The notes under the pieces are model-generated. The model was not told the origin of the DNA and ran no database searches. It saw only the letters and a list, made by a program, of their open reading frames with translations. DNA of 29,665 nt, from the IMG/VR virus record IMGVR_UViG_3300032218_003836, positions 1-29,665 of that record. One strand, written 5' to 3'. Made by a program: the position numbers and the translations under genes. Below are positions 9,583-19,003 of this stretch, one piece after another. Source of the stretch: a virus (Duplodnaviria > Caudoviricetes). How positions within the stretch are numbered: the stretch's first letter is position 1; each line of letters opens with the position of its first letter.

Positions 9583-9951
9583 CTACTTGCCGTACTTACC
9601 ACCCATCACCGGCTCTTCATCCTCGATGCTCTCGCCCAAGCCGGGGTGCTTGGCGTACATCGGGTGCGGCGGACGCATCGGGTGCTTGCCGTGCATCATC
9701 GGCTTGCCGATACCAATCATCACAGCAACGCCTTCCGGCTTGCCGCCACTCAGACCAGGCTTGCCGTGTATCATCGGCTTGCCGGCGCCTTCCTCCGAAG
9801 CGGGAGTAGTTTCGGGGGTATCGGCAGACATGTCCTCTTCCTCTTCGTAGTCATCATACTTGTGACCCTTGGAGGCGCCCATCTTGTCAGCCTTGTGGCC
9901 GTGCATGTTCTTAAGCCGTTCCTTGGCGATGTCCTGAATCGAGTGCTTCAT
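9583..9951 (-). CDS. Low-complexity His/Met/Pro/Gly/Lys-rich protein (122 aa)
   Basis: GGAG SD; fills the portal-adaptor gap; internal GKPMxHGK repeats; N-terminal IQDIAKERLKNM. Confidence 0.7.
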   Translation of the reverse strand: MKHSIQDIAKERLKNMHGHKADKMGASKGHKYDDYEEEEDMSADTPETTPASEEGAGKPMIHGKPGLSGGKPEGVAVMIGIGKPMMHGKHPMRPPHPMYAKHPGLGESIEDEEPVMGGKYGK

Positions 9952-9959
9952 AGTGTCTC

Positions 9960-11996
9960 CTACTTACTAAACTCGTCCGAGCCTTCCGGCTTGGCATTGG
10001 CAACTTCAACTTGGCGAGCCGTATCATCAGCGCTACTGGCAGGACCAGCATTACCCTGTGCGTTTGCATTGGCCGGCGGTGCCCCTACAGGCATCGGAGG
10101 CGTCTTGCCGCCACCACCCCCAGCCGCTTGGCTTTCCGGGGCTCCTGGGGCCGCTGGCGTCATCATTTGGAGGATGTCTTGGTAGTAGGCATCCACGGCG
10201 TCTTGTTTCTCGATCGGCAGCGCATAGAACTCATCCGAGCGGATGAACTGCCCAGCCACTTCCGCAAAGATGGGGAAGTTGTCGTTTGGATAGAACTTGA
10301 CCGTCTTGCGCATCACCGGCATCCCATCGGGACCAACCGGCTGACGCAAATCCTGCACTTGAAAGCCGCTCTTGATAACCGCATCCAACGCACGCTTGGC
10401 AGTAATGAAGTCCGCAATCGGCTTCTGCGCTCGCAGCGGGTCACGGTTGTCCTGAATCAGCTTGATGGCATCCGGCGGAGCAATGGCGCCCATCTGCGCA
10501 AACTGCATGATGCGCTGCTGCCGAGCTTCAACGTCGTCACGGAACAGCGTGTCGGCTTCGATGAACACCTGCGGGTCTTGCGACAGGTCGCCACTACGCA
10601 CCATCGTGCCAATCGCCGAGCCATAACGGTCAAACTGCTTGATGAACTTTTCTTGCGGGTAGTACGCCTGCATGTACAGCAGTGCAGTGCGACCGTGGCG
10701 CTCCATAATCTTCTTGATGTTGCGCTTGGTCACACCAAACTGCACTTCGTCGTTGGCCACGATTGCATCGACCGCACGGCCCGTTACGATGCCCGGCGTG
10801 CGCTTGCCCTGCGAAGTACCGTGAATACCCGTCGAATCAGCCAGAGCAGATGCAGCAGACGCCGGCAACTGCACAGCATACTGCGGAAGCGGCAGACCTT
10901 GCCATGCTTGCGGAGGCATACCAGCTCGGTGGTAAATCTTCTCACCCGCCTTGCTGGTAAACGCATCCGGCGCGATTCCCGAGTTGTGCGCAATCAGAAT
11001 CTTCGGGTTGCTCATCAAGCGAGCATTGGTCAGGATTTGGTTCCAGCTTGCGCTGTACGCGTACTGACCTGGCAGAGCCTGCTCGACCAAGCCAACGCCC
11101 CAGAAGTCGAATGGCACGCTGGTGTACTTGTGAATCTCCAACGGCATACAACGCTGCGGGGTCCAGCCAGATGCTAGCACAGCACCACCGCTACCGCACA
11201 TCAAGAACCAGTGGCCGCTACGGCAGTACACTTCCAGAACCTCGATGCGGTCTGGCGCCATGCGCTGATAACCACTCCACCAGTTCAACTGCTGAAGCGG
11301 AGGCGGCGCTTGGGCGATCACATCTTCCTTGTCCGGGAACTTCTGCCGCAGCTGCGACTTGGTGGTCACGCGCGACACAGCCAGAAAGCGGCTGTCTTCC
11401 GGGCGAGCGATGGCGGGTTCCGCGCGGATGCGGTCAGGGCCAAACACTTCTGGCTTGAGATTGGAGCCATCCATGGTCGCCAGCATTGCGCTGGTTCCAA
11501 ACATGATGCCCCAATCGATCATTTCCATCGCAGCGTATAGAAGCTCGCCACGACGGCTGTAGTAGTCCAGCGCCTGCTCATCAGCGGCAGCGCGCATCAA
11601 ATCTTCAATCGCATCGCTCGCGGCATACGCGCCCCACGATGGAAGCGTCACTTCCAGACGGGCCGAGGCGTTGCGGAACTGCGGCAGCGTGATGTTGAAG
11701 CTCACGTCGCGCACACGGTTGAAGTACGCCATTTCCATGCCGGCGCGAATCACGATGTCGCTGGGCGTATAGGCGCGGAAGTTCGTAATGACATCGCGGC
11801 ACAGCCACCAGAGGCGCTGCATCGGTGCCATTTCGTTGTAGAACTGGCTGCACATCCGAGCGATTTCCGGCGGCTTAAGCGACGGTGGATCGTTCGGGTC
11901 GTTCCAATCGTATTCAATCGACGACTGGGACTGCTGAAGCTCTGCGGGATTCCACAGGTCTTGCTGCTTGTCGTCGATAACGAGGGACGTTTGCAT
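9960..11996 (-). CDS. Portal protein
   Basis: 678 aa; segments such as IEVLEVY, FWGVGLVEQALPGQ, NARLMSNPKILI, ADSTGIH and TGRA are typical of P22/T7-like portals; disordered Pro/Ala-rich C-terminus. Confidence 0.8.
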   Translation of the reverse strand: MQTSLVIDDKQQDLWNPAELQQSQSSIEYDWNDPNDPPSLKPPEIARMCSQFYNEMAPMQRLWWLCRDVITNFRAYTPSDIVIRAGMEMAYFNRVRDVSFNITLPQFRNASARLEVTLPSWGAYAASDAIEDLMRAAADEQALDYYSRRGELLYAAMEMIDWGIMFGTSAMLATMDGSNLKPEVFGPDRIRAEPAIARPEDSRFLAVSRVTTKSQLRQKFPDKEDVIAQAPPPLQQLNWWSGYQRMAPDRIEVLEVYCRSGHWFLMCGSGGAVLASGWTPQRCMPLEIHKYTSVPFDFWGVGLVEQALPGQYAYSASWNQILTNARLMSNPKILIAHNSGIAPDAFTSKAGEKIYHRAGMPPQAWQGLPLPQYAVQLPASAASALADSTGIHGTSQGKRTPGIVTGRAVDAIVANDEVQFGVTKRNIKKIMERHGRTALLYMQAYYPQEKFIKQFDRYGSAIGTMVRSGDLSQDPQVFIEADTLFRDDVEARQQRIMQFAQMGAIAPPDAIKLIQDNRDPLRAQKPIADFITAKRALDAVIKSGFQVQDLRQPVGPDGMPVMRKTVKFYPNDNFPIFAEVAGQFIRSDEFYALPIEKQDAVDAYYQDILQMMTPAAPGAPESQAAGGGGGKTPPMPVGAPPANANAQGNAGPASSADDTARQVEVANAKPEGSDEFSK

Positions 11997-12029
11997 GTTC
12001 TTTGGTCCCCGTGAGAAAACAGCGAAACT

Positions 12030-12058
12030 AGATTACGTCAAGTTTTTGAGGATGGCAA
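12030..12058 (-). promoter_or_regulatory. Candidate promoter TTGCCA-N17-TAATCT upstream of the portal gene
   Basis: Intergenic, near-consensus hexamers with 17-bp spacing. Confidence 0.45.
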
Positions 12059-12060
12059 GA

Positions 12061-12453
12061 CTAACTCCAAGCTGTTCCAAGGTCTTGCATAGAATCCAAA
12101 ACCTCTTCGGTTTCCTTGCCCTTCTTGGACTGGTCGTAAAGACCCTTGGCCGTGTTGATGCCGCCTTCCATTTCAGAAGCGGTCGGCGCTTTCTCTTTCT
12201 TGTCAGCGGTGACAGCGCCAGCAGCGCCGCCAAGAACACCACCAACGACTGCGCCCACAGGCCCGGCAACCGCTGCGCCAGTGGCGGCACCGCCCATGGC
12301 ACCTTTGATACCGCCGGAGACGCGATCCATAGCAGATGGGCTGGTATTAGCACGCTCGGCAGCTTGCTTTTCGGCAAGTCGCTCCGCAGCAATCTGCTTG
12401 CTAAGTCCAGCGCCAGTCCACATGTCGTCATCTTCGTCGTACATCGGTGCCAT
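12061..12453 (-). CDS. Glycine-zipper protein (130 aa), possible ejection/pilot protein
   Basis: Start MAPMYDE with GGAGG SD; GAMGGAATGAAVAGPVGAVVGGVLGGAAGA hydrophobic Gly zipper; contains SKQIAAERL. Confidence 0.6.
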   Translation of the reverse strand: MAPMYDEDDDMWTGAGLSKQIAAERLAEKQAAERANTSPSAMDRVSGGIKGAMGGAATGAAVAGPVGAVVGGVLGGAAGAVTADKKEKAPTASEMEGGINTAKGLYDQSKKGKETEEVLDSMQDLGTAWS

Positions 12454-12475
12454 GAGCGGTCCTCCCTGTTTTTGC

Positions 12476-12982
12476 TTACGCGCCCAGCACGTCAACAAAG
12501 ACGTAGCAAGCGCAGTTGTTGCTGTTGGTGTACGCAACCTTCAGGGTTTCACCAGCAGCAAAAGTGGCAGCACCGATCGCGGTGGTCGAAGTGCCCTGGA
12601 AAACCAAGGTGCCAAGGGTTCCCGCGCCGATGCTGAAAGTAAACAGCGTCGTGGTGGTCAGACCATCCGCCGAAATCTTGGAAACCACAACAGCATCAGT
12701 ACCACCCGCAGGAGCGGTCAGCTTCAAGAGCGACAGCCCCTGAATGATGAAGTTGCGCGCCAAAACCTTGGTCTGGCTGCCAGTTGCAGCCGGGACTTGG
12801 AACAGGAACGTGCCGTTGCCAGCCGGAGTATCGTCCGTCGCGGGAGTAGCCGAGAAGAACGTGGACATATCCGACACCACGGAGCCCGCGGCGGGCTGCT
12901 GGTTCACGCCATACGGCGAGCCAACAGGAACAAAGTCGTCGGTCTTAAGGTAGCCGACCACACCAGGCTTAACAGTAGACAT
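12476..12982 (-). CDS. Putative capsid decoration/auxiliary protein
   Basis: Directly after the major capsid gene with AAGGAG SD; T/A/G-rich beta composition. Confidence 0.6.
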   Translation of the reverse strand: MSTVKPGVVGYLKTDDFVPVGSPYGVNQQPAAGSVVSDMSTFFSATPATDDTPAGNGTFLFQVPAATGSQTKVLARNFIIQGLSLLKLTAPAGGTDAVVVSKISADGLTTTTLFTFSIGAGTLGTLVFQGTSTTAIGAATFAAGETLKVAYTNSNNCACYVFVDVLGA

Positions 12983-13012
12983 AGTTTCTCTCCTTAGAGT
13001 TCAGAAGTTTGG

Positions 13013-14413
13013 TTAGACCGGGGCGGCGATGCCGATCAAGATACCGTTGCTCAGCGGCTCGGTGCAGACCTGCTCTGGCATCAGAGCGCGGGTCGCGCCC
13101 CACTGAGTCTCGCCCTGCAACTTGACCAGCGGATTGCTGCCCGGTCCGTTCACGCCCAGCCACACGCCCTCTTCCTTACCGCGGAACAGGCGCTCCCACG
13201 ACTCGTACCGCATGGAGATAGCCATGCCGTCCGGGCACAGTTCCGAGCACATGATCGGAACCTTGCTCACGCCGTAGCCCGAATCGTTGTCCTCTTCCGA
13301 GGGCAGCGGGGCAGCCGGGTCCATCTTCTTGATCTCGTTCTGCGGCTGCACACGGAGATGGCCGTCGAGCGTACCAATCAGCGACTGCGGCAGCGCGTTC
13401 ATGGTGTTCCAGCTCATCCACGTCGCGGTCGGGCGCTTACCCGACTTGGTGCGGATGGTGCCGTACAGCTTCAGGAACTCGATGGTCGAAAGCGTGTCGC
13501 CGCCCTGCGCGTTCGTGTTGTTCACGATCGCGAAGTTCGAGCGAATGCGCTTCGTCAGCGGGTCCGTCAGCGAACGGTCGTTGCCGAAGTGGATCTGCTG
13601 GGTCAGGTTCGAGATGACGCCAGTCGGGTCACCAACAAACGCGCCCACCGGGTCGCCCAGCGGATCGAACACGCACGGCGTGTCGATGTTGTCGCCCGAC
13701 ACGGTCGCCGCGTTGAACGCCTGCGAAGCAGCGCCCACCAGCAGCACCGCGCACGGAACGCCAGACGGCACGCCCGAGGTGTTGATGTTGGCAGCCAGCG
13801 TGATGGTCGAGGGACCAATCGCGGTGATAGCCTGCGGACCACCAGCCAGAGTGGCGTAGGTGTCCAAACGCACCAACTGCACGGTGTTGTTCGGACTCGC
13901 AACGATGTCATCGAAACGGCCGTGGTAGCCGTAGGTCGTGATCAAGTTGCTCTTCTGCCACACCAGGCCGATCGGCGAACCAGCAGCAATGTTGCCCACG
14001 CCCTGAAGACCGCCACCACCGATGAACGCGTAGCGCGTCATCTGCTTGGCGATGTCGTTCAGCATGTTGTCCAATTCGTCCGCCGGCTCCACAGCCAGCG
14101 AGCCCTTGACATCTTCCGCCGCGAGGAAACCCAGCAGGTCGATCTGGCAGCGAGCCAGAACGGTCTTGCTCTGCACGGTCAAGCGCAGGAAGCCCTGCTG
14201 GCCCGGCTTCGGCTCCACGTTGCCGATCGTCGAGACGACCGAGCCGTTACGCTTGACGCGCAGGCCGATGATCGCCACGTCGCCCGACCACGAACGGCCC
14301 TTGACGGGAAGCTTCGACCAGAACGCGGTGTCGGTCTGAAGCAGGTTGTGAATCACCTTGTCGGTGCGATCGTTGATCAACACCGCAGCAATGGTCTGAA
14401 AACTAGCTGCCAT
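13013..14413 (-). CDS. Major capsid protein (HK97 fold inferred)
   Basis: 466 aa, AAGGAG SD, strong codon bias, follows scaffold; long helix ending YAFIGGG, central insertion domain, C-terminal CTEPLSNGILIGI pattern. Confidence 0.8.
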   Translation of the reverse strand: MAASFQTIAAVLINDRTDKVIHNLLQTDTAFWSKLPVKGRSWSGDVAIIGLRVKRNGSVVSTIGNVEPKPGQQGFLRLTVQSKTVLARCQIDLLGFLAAEDVKGSLAVEPADELDNMLNDIAKQMTRYAFIGGGGLQGVGNIAAGSPIGLVWQKSNLITTYGYHGRFDDIVASPNNTVQLVRLDTYATLAGGPQAITAIGPSTITLAANINTSGVPSGVPCAVLLVGAASQAFNAATVSGDNIDTPCVFDPLGDPVGAFVGDPTGVISNLTQQIHFGNDRSLTDPLTKRIRSNFAIVNNTNAQGGDTLSTIEFLKLYGTIRTKSGKRPTATWMSWNTMNALPQSLIGTLDGHLRVQPQNEIKKMDPAAPLPSEEDNDSGYGVSKVPIMCSELCPDGMAISMRYESWERLFRGKEEGVWLGVNGPGSNPLVKLQGETQWGATRALMPEQVCTEPLSNGILIGIAAPV

Positions 14414-14425
14414 TTTTCATTCTCC

Positions 14426-15265
14426 TTAGTGACGGGTGTTGAACTGCTCGCGCACCCACTGAAGATAATTACCCTTGGTCACGGGCTCGTTGTTCATGTT
14501 GGGAACAGCGGACGCGGGACCATCAATACGCGGTGGAGCCGCGCGCTGCACCTGCGCTGCCTGCGCAGGAGCCGATTGCGATTGCACGTCGCCGTACACA
14601 TCGCGATACATGGCAACAATCATGCGCGGCTTCACACCTTCAGCCAGCATGGTCGTCAAACGGACCTCATCCCACTTGGGGCAGAAGTTCTGAAGCTTGG
14701 AGAAGTTCTCGTCGTATGCAACATTGGCCTGCGCAGTCTCAACTCCTTGCCAACGCTGGTTGTGCATCTGCACCGACTGGTTCATCTGCTCCAACTTGTT
14801 TTCCAGCGAGCGAATCTGCTCGACCAGCTTCGGATTAACCTCTTCACCCTCATCCAGCATGCGCTGCAACCAGTCGCTCTGGCTCTCGTTGGGCTTCGGG
14901 GCGCTAGCCTGCGGGTCAGCCTGCACAACTTGGCGAGCCAGCTGCGACTCCATTTCAGCCATACGCTGCTGCATCGACTCCAGATTGGCCATAGCCATCT
15001 GGTTTTCCTGCATCAGCCGCTCATACTTGGTCCACGACACCCGCTGCGGGGTGCGGTCAGCAGGAGCCGCCTGGCTGGAGGACGGAGGGGCGCCCTCCGA
15101 GCCAGACGCCTGCACCTCAGTTGAGTGGCCCGAGGTCTCTTGCGATTGGTAGGAGGACGACTCGCTAGACGACACCTCCGGCGCCGGTGCGCTGGGCGTA
15201 ACCGCAGCCTCCGAAACCTGAACGTCCTTGAAAATCTGAGCCATCGTGCCACTAGGAACAGGCAT
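14426..15265 (-). CDS. Capsid scaffolding protein
   Basis: GGAGG SD; disordered acidic N-terminus, RVSWTKYERL then coiled coil, Pro-rich tail; immediately upstream of the capsid gene. Confidence 0.7.
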   Translation of the reverse strand: MPVPSGTMAQIFKDVQVSEAAVTPSAPAPEVSSSESSSYQSQETSGHSTEVQASGSEGAPPSSSQAAPADRTPQRVSWTKYERLMQENQMAMANLESMQQRMAEMESQLARQVVQADPQASAPKPNESQSDWLQRMLDEGEEVNPKLVEQIRSLENKLEQMNQSVQMHNQRWQGVETAQANVAYDENFSKLQNFCPKWDEVRLTTMLAEGVKPRMIVAMYRDVYGDVQSQSAPAQAAQVQRAAPPRIDGPASAVPNMNNEPVTKGNYLQWVREQFNTRH

Positions 15266-15357
15266 AGTATCCTCCGTGCGAGAGCATTTAGCTGTCGCTG
15301 TTAAAATGCAAGTGTTATCGTACCTTTACCCAACTTTTTTCCCAACTTCCAATCCCT

Positions 15358-16947
15358 TTAACCAAAGAAATCAGACTCTTGCGGATCGACGGCAAAATCG
15401 AAGTTGTCCATCGACCCATTAGCCATAGCGCGCTCCAAGTCACGCATGTACGCATCGAGCGCATTTGTAGGCTCGCTTCTGGTTTCCGGCGTCTGGTTGG
15501 CCGGCAATGCTTGCACCACACCAAGCAGAGCCAAACCAAAGGCAACTGCCAAGTCGTCGTGCCCGTTCTTGGGCGCAGCAGGCTTGCCACGCTTGTCGTA
15601 ACACAGCGCGTTAAGCTGCTTGGCCAGACGATGGCAACCAATGTCCCAGCGGTTGTTACCGCTCGCGCCTTCGTAGATTTCACCGTACAGAATGCCGCGC
15701 GTCTGCACGTCAGTACGCCAGCCGTGACGAGGCAGCATGGTTGGCGACAATCCACCAAACGCCGTCATGTGGTACATCGAAATACCGGCGCCACGCAAGA
15801 AGTCGCAAAGGCCAAGACCTTCAGCAGCTGTTTCGATAACCGTCAGCGGCGAACCATACGCCTTGATGAGCTGCAAGCATGGACCTTCAAAATCACGCGT
15901 AGGCTGCCGAATCTCCTGCGTCAGCGCGATGCACCTGTCGGTGATGTCGATGATGACCAAGCCAGTCGGGTCGCCTTTTTCGTTTGAACCAGGCGCGGGG
16001 TCGATGCCGACCACATACTGGTGCGCAGGGTTGTACGGATGCAAAACGACGATGCCGCATTCGTCCGGGTCGCGCGGGTCGCCACGCGGTGTGGGAACTT
16101 GGCGGCGCAGGTATTTGTCGCCGCTCAGCAAGAACGCTTCTTCTGGCGTAGTCGGGTGCTCCTGCACCATGAACGGGCGCTTGTGAAGCGGCAGCGCACG
16201 ACGCTCACGCACCCACCAATTCGACTCGTAGCGGCCCAAGTTGTGCTGCTTGATGTACTCCTTTTCTACTTCGAGCAGGGAGCCATCGATGCCAACAGGG
16301 CTGCGGTATTCCGTGTGGTCACGCCAGCAAAAGAACACCTTGTGAAAGGCGCTCTCTGGGTCGGACCAGATGTGATAGAAGTCGTCTTCGCCACCAGCTG
16401 TGGACTCCAGCAGCAGCGTGCCTTCTGGCGCTACCTTGATAGACGCCAGCGTTTCACCAAGGTCATCGTAGTCTCGAACTTCAGACAGGTGCGCAAAGTT
16501 CAGCGGCATCGAACGAAGCACGGGCGAGTTGGCCGTCACAAACAGCATCTGCGAGCCGTTGGCAAACAGAATCTGGTGGTCGTTCTGGCGATCGATCGCC
16601 ATCAGGTCCATCAAGATTTCGTTGCCTTTGTACAGATTGTAAGCCGTAAGCGACATCTGCCTGGCGTTGAAGTCCGACTGCATACCTACAGCGCAGATAG
16701 CGCCAGGCTTGAATAGGCAAAGGCGAAGCTGCCAGACCAAGGCGATCGTGGTAATCCACATCTGGCGTCCCTTGAGAAACACCAGCTTCTGCTTGGCGCT
16801 AAGGGCTTCAAGCGCCTTTTGCTGCGGAACCGATACACGGAAATCAACCTCAGTACGGTCCTTGTTCTTGATGCGAAAACACTCAGCAAACGCGCGAGGC
16901 GACGAAACCCATTGGTCCAGCAACAAGTCGATTTCGTTATCGTTCAC
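15358..16947 (-). CDS. terL: Terminase large subunit
   Basis: FRIKNK, Walker A-like LKGRQMWITT, Walker B AHLSE, coupling motif LESTA, nuclease motifs VVGIDPA and HDDLAVA. Confidence 0.92.
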   Translation of the reverse strand: MNDNEIDLLLDQWVSSPRAFAECFRIKNKDRTEVDFRVSVPQQKALEALSAKQKLVFLKGRQMWITTIALVWQLRLCLFKPGAICAVGMQSDFNARQMSLTAYNLYKGNEILMDLMAIDRQNDHQILFANGSQMLFVTANSPVLRSMPLNFAHLSEVRDYDDLGETLASIKVAPEGTLLLESTAGGEDDFYHIWSDPESAFHKVFFCWRDHTEYRSPVGIDGSLLEVEKEYIKQHNLGRYESNWWVRERRALPLHKRPFMVQEHPTTPEEAFLLSGDKYLRRQVPTPRGDPRDPDECGIVVLHPYNPAHQYVVGIDPAPGSNEKGDPTGLVIIDITDRCIALTQEIRQPTRDFEGPCLQLIKAYGSPLTVIETAAEGLGLCDFLRGAGISMYHMTAFGGLSPTMLPRHGWRTDVQTRGILYGEIYEGASGNNRWDIGCHRLAKQLNALCYDKRGKPAAPKNGHDDLAVAFGLALLGVVQALPANQTPETRSEPTNALDAYMRDLERAMANGSMDNFDFAVDPQESDFFG

Positions 16948-17318
16948 AGCTCACCATCTTCAGGCTCAGCAGGAATGTCCAGAATCGTCTTCTTGCGCCT
17001 CCTCTCGGCTTCGATGGCAGAAGCGGCTTTCTCCAAGGCAGCGCGCACACGATCGGTCGAGCCAACCTTCTTGGGGCCAGACACCTTGGAGTTGATGTTG
17101 GCCATGGCGCTAAACACCGCTGCTGCTGCCCGATGGTCTGGCCTCTCCGCCGCTACCGCGTCCTTCAGCAGAGCCATACCAATAATGTTTAGGTCCGCTG
17201 TCGACAAGCGTGAATGGGAGCGGGTAAGCGCAAAGGATGCAAGGTCCGTGCCTTTCAGGGCCGGGAGCTCCAATGCACCATCTTCCGATTGCGCCCGCCG
17301 CAATACCATCGGGTCCAT
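16944..17318 (-). CDS. Putative terminase small subunit (start uncertain: 17318, 17534 or 17552)
   Basis: GTGA overlap with terL; helical core; position only. Confidence 0.45.
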   Translation of the reverse strand: MDPMVLRRAQSEDGALELPALKGTDLASFALTRSHSRLSTADLNIIGMALLKDAVAAERPDHRAAAAVFSAMANINSKVSGPKKVGSTDRVRAALEKAASAIEAERRRKKTILDIPAEPEDGEL

Positions 17319-17859
17319 CGCCGGCGTTGATGCTGGAGAGGAAAAGTTGCTTTCGGTAGAGAGACTGCTGCTTTGAAAGTCGCTCCCCTCGGTAGTGAAT
17401 CTTGATTTGGATGGCCCACTGGAAAATGTTGTAGTGCCATCGCTTTCTTGATTCGATGTCGGCTCGACAGCTTTGTACGAGGTGTTTTGAAAGGGTGAGA
17501 AATGCCTCTGCTTTGTGTTCTCGGTTTCGCTCATTTGGATCGCCCCCATCACCCAGCATTTCCGAAATCATCGCACGACGAATCTTGAACCGCTGATATC
17601 CTATTTTGGTTAGCGTTGGAAATCCAAGCTTTCCCCAATCAGAAACAAGTGGTTGCAACTTTTCTTCGTGCGCTCGCTTTCCAGCCAACAATCTGTAGTG
17701 CGACTCGGTAATCAGATCGTAGTATCTAAACGCAGCCCATGGACCAACATTGCACTCAAGCGCAACGAAGGTTTCTGGCAGGTATAACACATCGAGCTTG
17801 GCAATCTCCGGCGCATACCGAATGCAATGCCTGATGTACTCTGGCGTGTAGCCTTTCAT
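17110..17859 (-). CDS. Hypothetical protein; 3' part overlaps the putative terS in another frame
   Basis: ATG with purine-rich upstream sequence (GGAGGGG); protein-like composition for about the first 180 aa. Confidence 0.5.
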   Translation of the reverse strand: MKGYTPEYIRHCIRYAPEIAKLDVLYLPETFVALECNVGPWAAFRYYDLITESHYRLLAGKRAHEEKLQPLVSDWGKLGFPTLTKIGYQRFKIRRAMISEMLGDGGDPNERNREHKAEAFLTLSKHLVQSCRADIESRKRWHYNIFQWAIQIKIHYRGERLSKQQSLYRKQLFLSSINAGDGPDGIAAGAIGRWCIGAPGPERHGPCILCAYPLPFTLVDSGPKHYWYGSAEGRGSGGEARPSGSSSGV

Positions 17860-17889
17860 TACTCTCTTTGTTCCCCTCCAAAGAGCTAA

Positions 17890-18477
17890 TTACCCAATAG
17901 CCTCAATCAACTTGCTCGCCTCGAACAGAGCCTGGCGCCACTGCTGCAAGCCGTCTGCGCGATGCTGTTTACGCAAGCGAAGGTTGCGAACAAGACCGTC
18001 GCAGTAGAACCACCGAATCGCGAGCACAATGCCTGGTGCGCAGTCCTTTTGCATGTTGACCTTGGACAACACGTTACAAAACTGCTTGAGCATATCGACG
18101 CCTTCCAACGTCACCAAGTCTTCCTCTTTGTACGTGGCACAAGCAGCCAACGCCTTAAGAGCAAGCGTGCGGATTGCGGTGAACGTGTTGTCAGAAATCT
18201 TGTCGAGGTCGGCTGAAGCCAGCGGTTGCACCGGGCCGTTGCGCTTGCCCCAGCGATCGTGCCCCAGCTTGATGCCGCTGTAGTCGATCCACGAACGGAT
18301 AAGCCCCTGCACCGATACGCGTAGGTTGTTCAGCTCTTCGGTGCAACGAGAGACACCAACATCCACCTCGTCGTCTTCGCCGAGCTTAACGCCTTCTTCC
18401 AAAGCGAATACACCGCTGCTGTCTGCCGCCATGTGCAGCGTGCTTTGAGGCATCGCACTCTTGTATTTACGCGACAT
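17890..18477 (-). CDS. Hypothetical protein (~195 aa)
   Basis: Start MSRKYK with GAGG SD, overlapping the end of the upstream gene. Confidence 0.6.
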   Translation of the reverse strand: MSRKYKSAMPQSTLHMAADSSGVFALEEGVKLGEDDEVDVGVSRCTEELNNLRVSVQGLIRSWIDYSGIKLGHDRWGKRNGPVQPLASADLDKISDNTFTAIRTLALKALAACATYKEEDLVTLEGVDMLKQFCNVLSKVNMQKDCAPGIVLAIRWFYCDGLVRNLRLRKQHRADGLQQWRQALFEASKLIEAIG

Positions 18478-19003
18478 CAGTTTCCTCGCTGGGCTCTTCC
18501 TTGTCTTCCTTGTCGTTCTTGACTGCCTTGCCCTTCTTGCCGCCAAAGACGTAGTTGCCCCACGATTCACGATGAATCTTGTTCTCGCTTACCAGCAATC
18601 CCAAAGCTTCATCAACTGTATCGGTGCTGTAGCCCTTGGCGGTCATCGCCTCGACGATTTCCACGCGCCGTGCTTTTTGAATTTTCTCCAGAAAGCCAAG
18701 GATGAAATCTTTCACGTTAGCCGGCTGCGGCGGCTTGACTTGGGTGTCAAAAGTGGGGCGGCGGATGTAGTCATCATCCCACGGGCAACCTTCGTCGGAA
18801 CCACGTTCGCGCCGGAACGCATCGCGCGCGCGCCGAATCAGCAAACGCATACGCACGCGTGCATCGCCACCACGCTTGAAGCGCAGGATGTAGTCGCAGT
18901 GGGCCATCGAAAGATAGTCGTCCAGCTGCCACGACACGGGACCACCAACATCGTGGCCGCACATGCGCAGCAGTTCCAAGTCGGTTTGATCGTACTGGTT
19001 CAC
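18467..19003 (-). CDS. Hypothetical protein with C-terminal winged-helix-like domain
   Basis: FILGFLEK...RVEIVEAM..KGYSTDTVDEALGLLVSENKIHRESWGNY fits a wHTH pattern; GTGA-coupled with GGAGG SD. Confidence 0.55.
   Translation of the reverse strand: MNQYDQTDLELLRMCGHDVGGPVSWQLDDYLSMAHCDYILRFKRGGDARVRMRLLIRRARDAFRRERGSDEGCPWDDDYIRRPTFDTQVKPPQPANVKDFILGFLEKIQKARRVEIVEAMTAKGYSTDTVDEALGLLVSENKIHRESWGNYVFGGKKGKAVKNDKEDKEEPSEETDVA

Noticed and set aside
2286-11177. Other long plus-strand ORFs (2286..3245, 5808..6581, 7425..8159, 10011..11177)
   Set aside because: Antisense to well-supported structural genes; expected in GC-rich coding DNA.
14036-14066. MLNDIAKQMTR in the capsid protein as a copy of the shared motif
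   Set aside because: Only a partial match (no RL) inside a long structural helix; not counted.
13358-15124. 588-aa plus-strand ORF
   Set aside because: Antisense shadow of the codon-biased capsid and scaffold genes; R/V/H-rich with no motif or SD.
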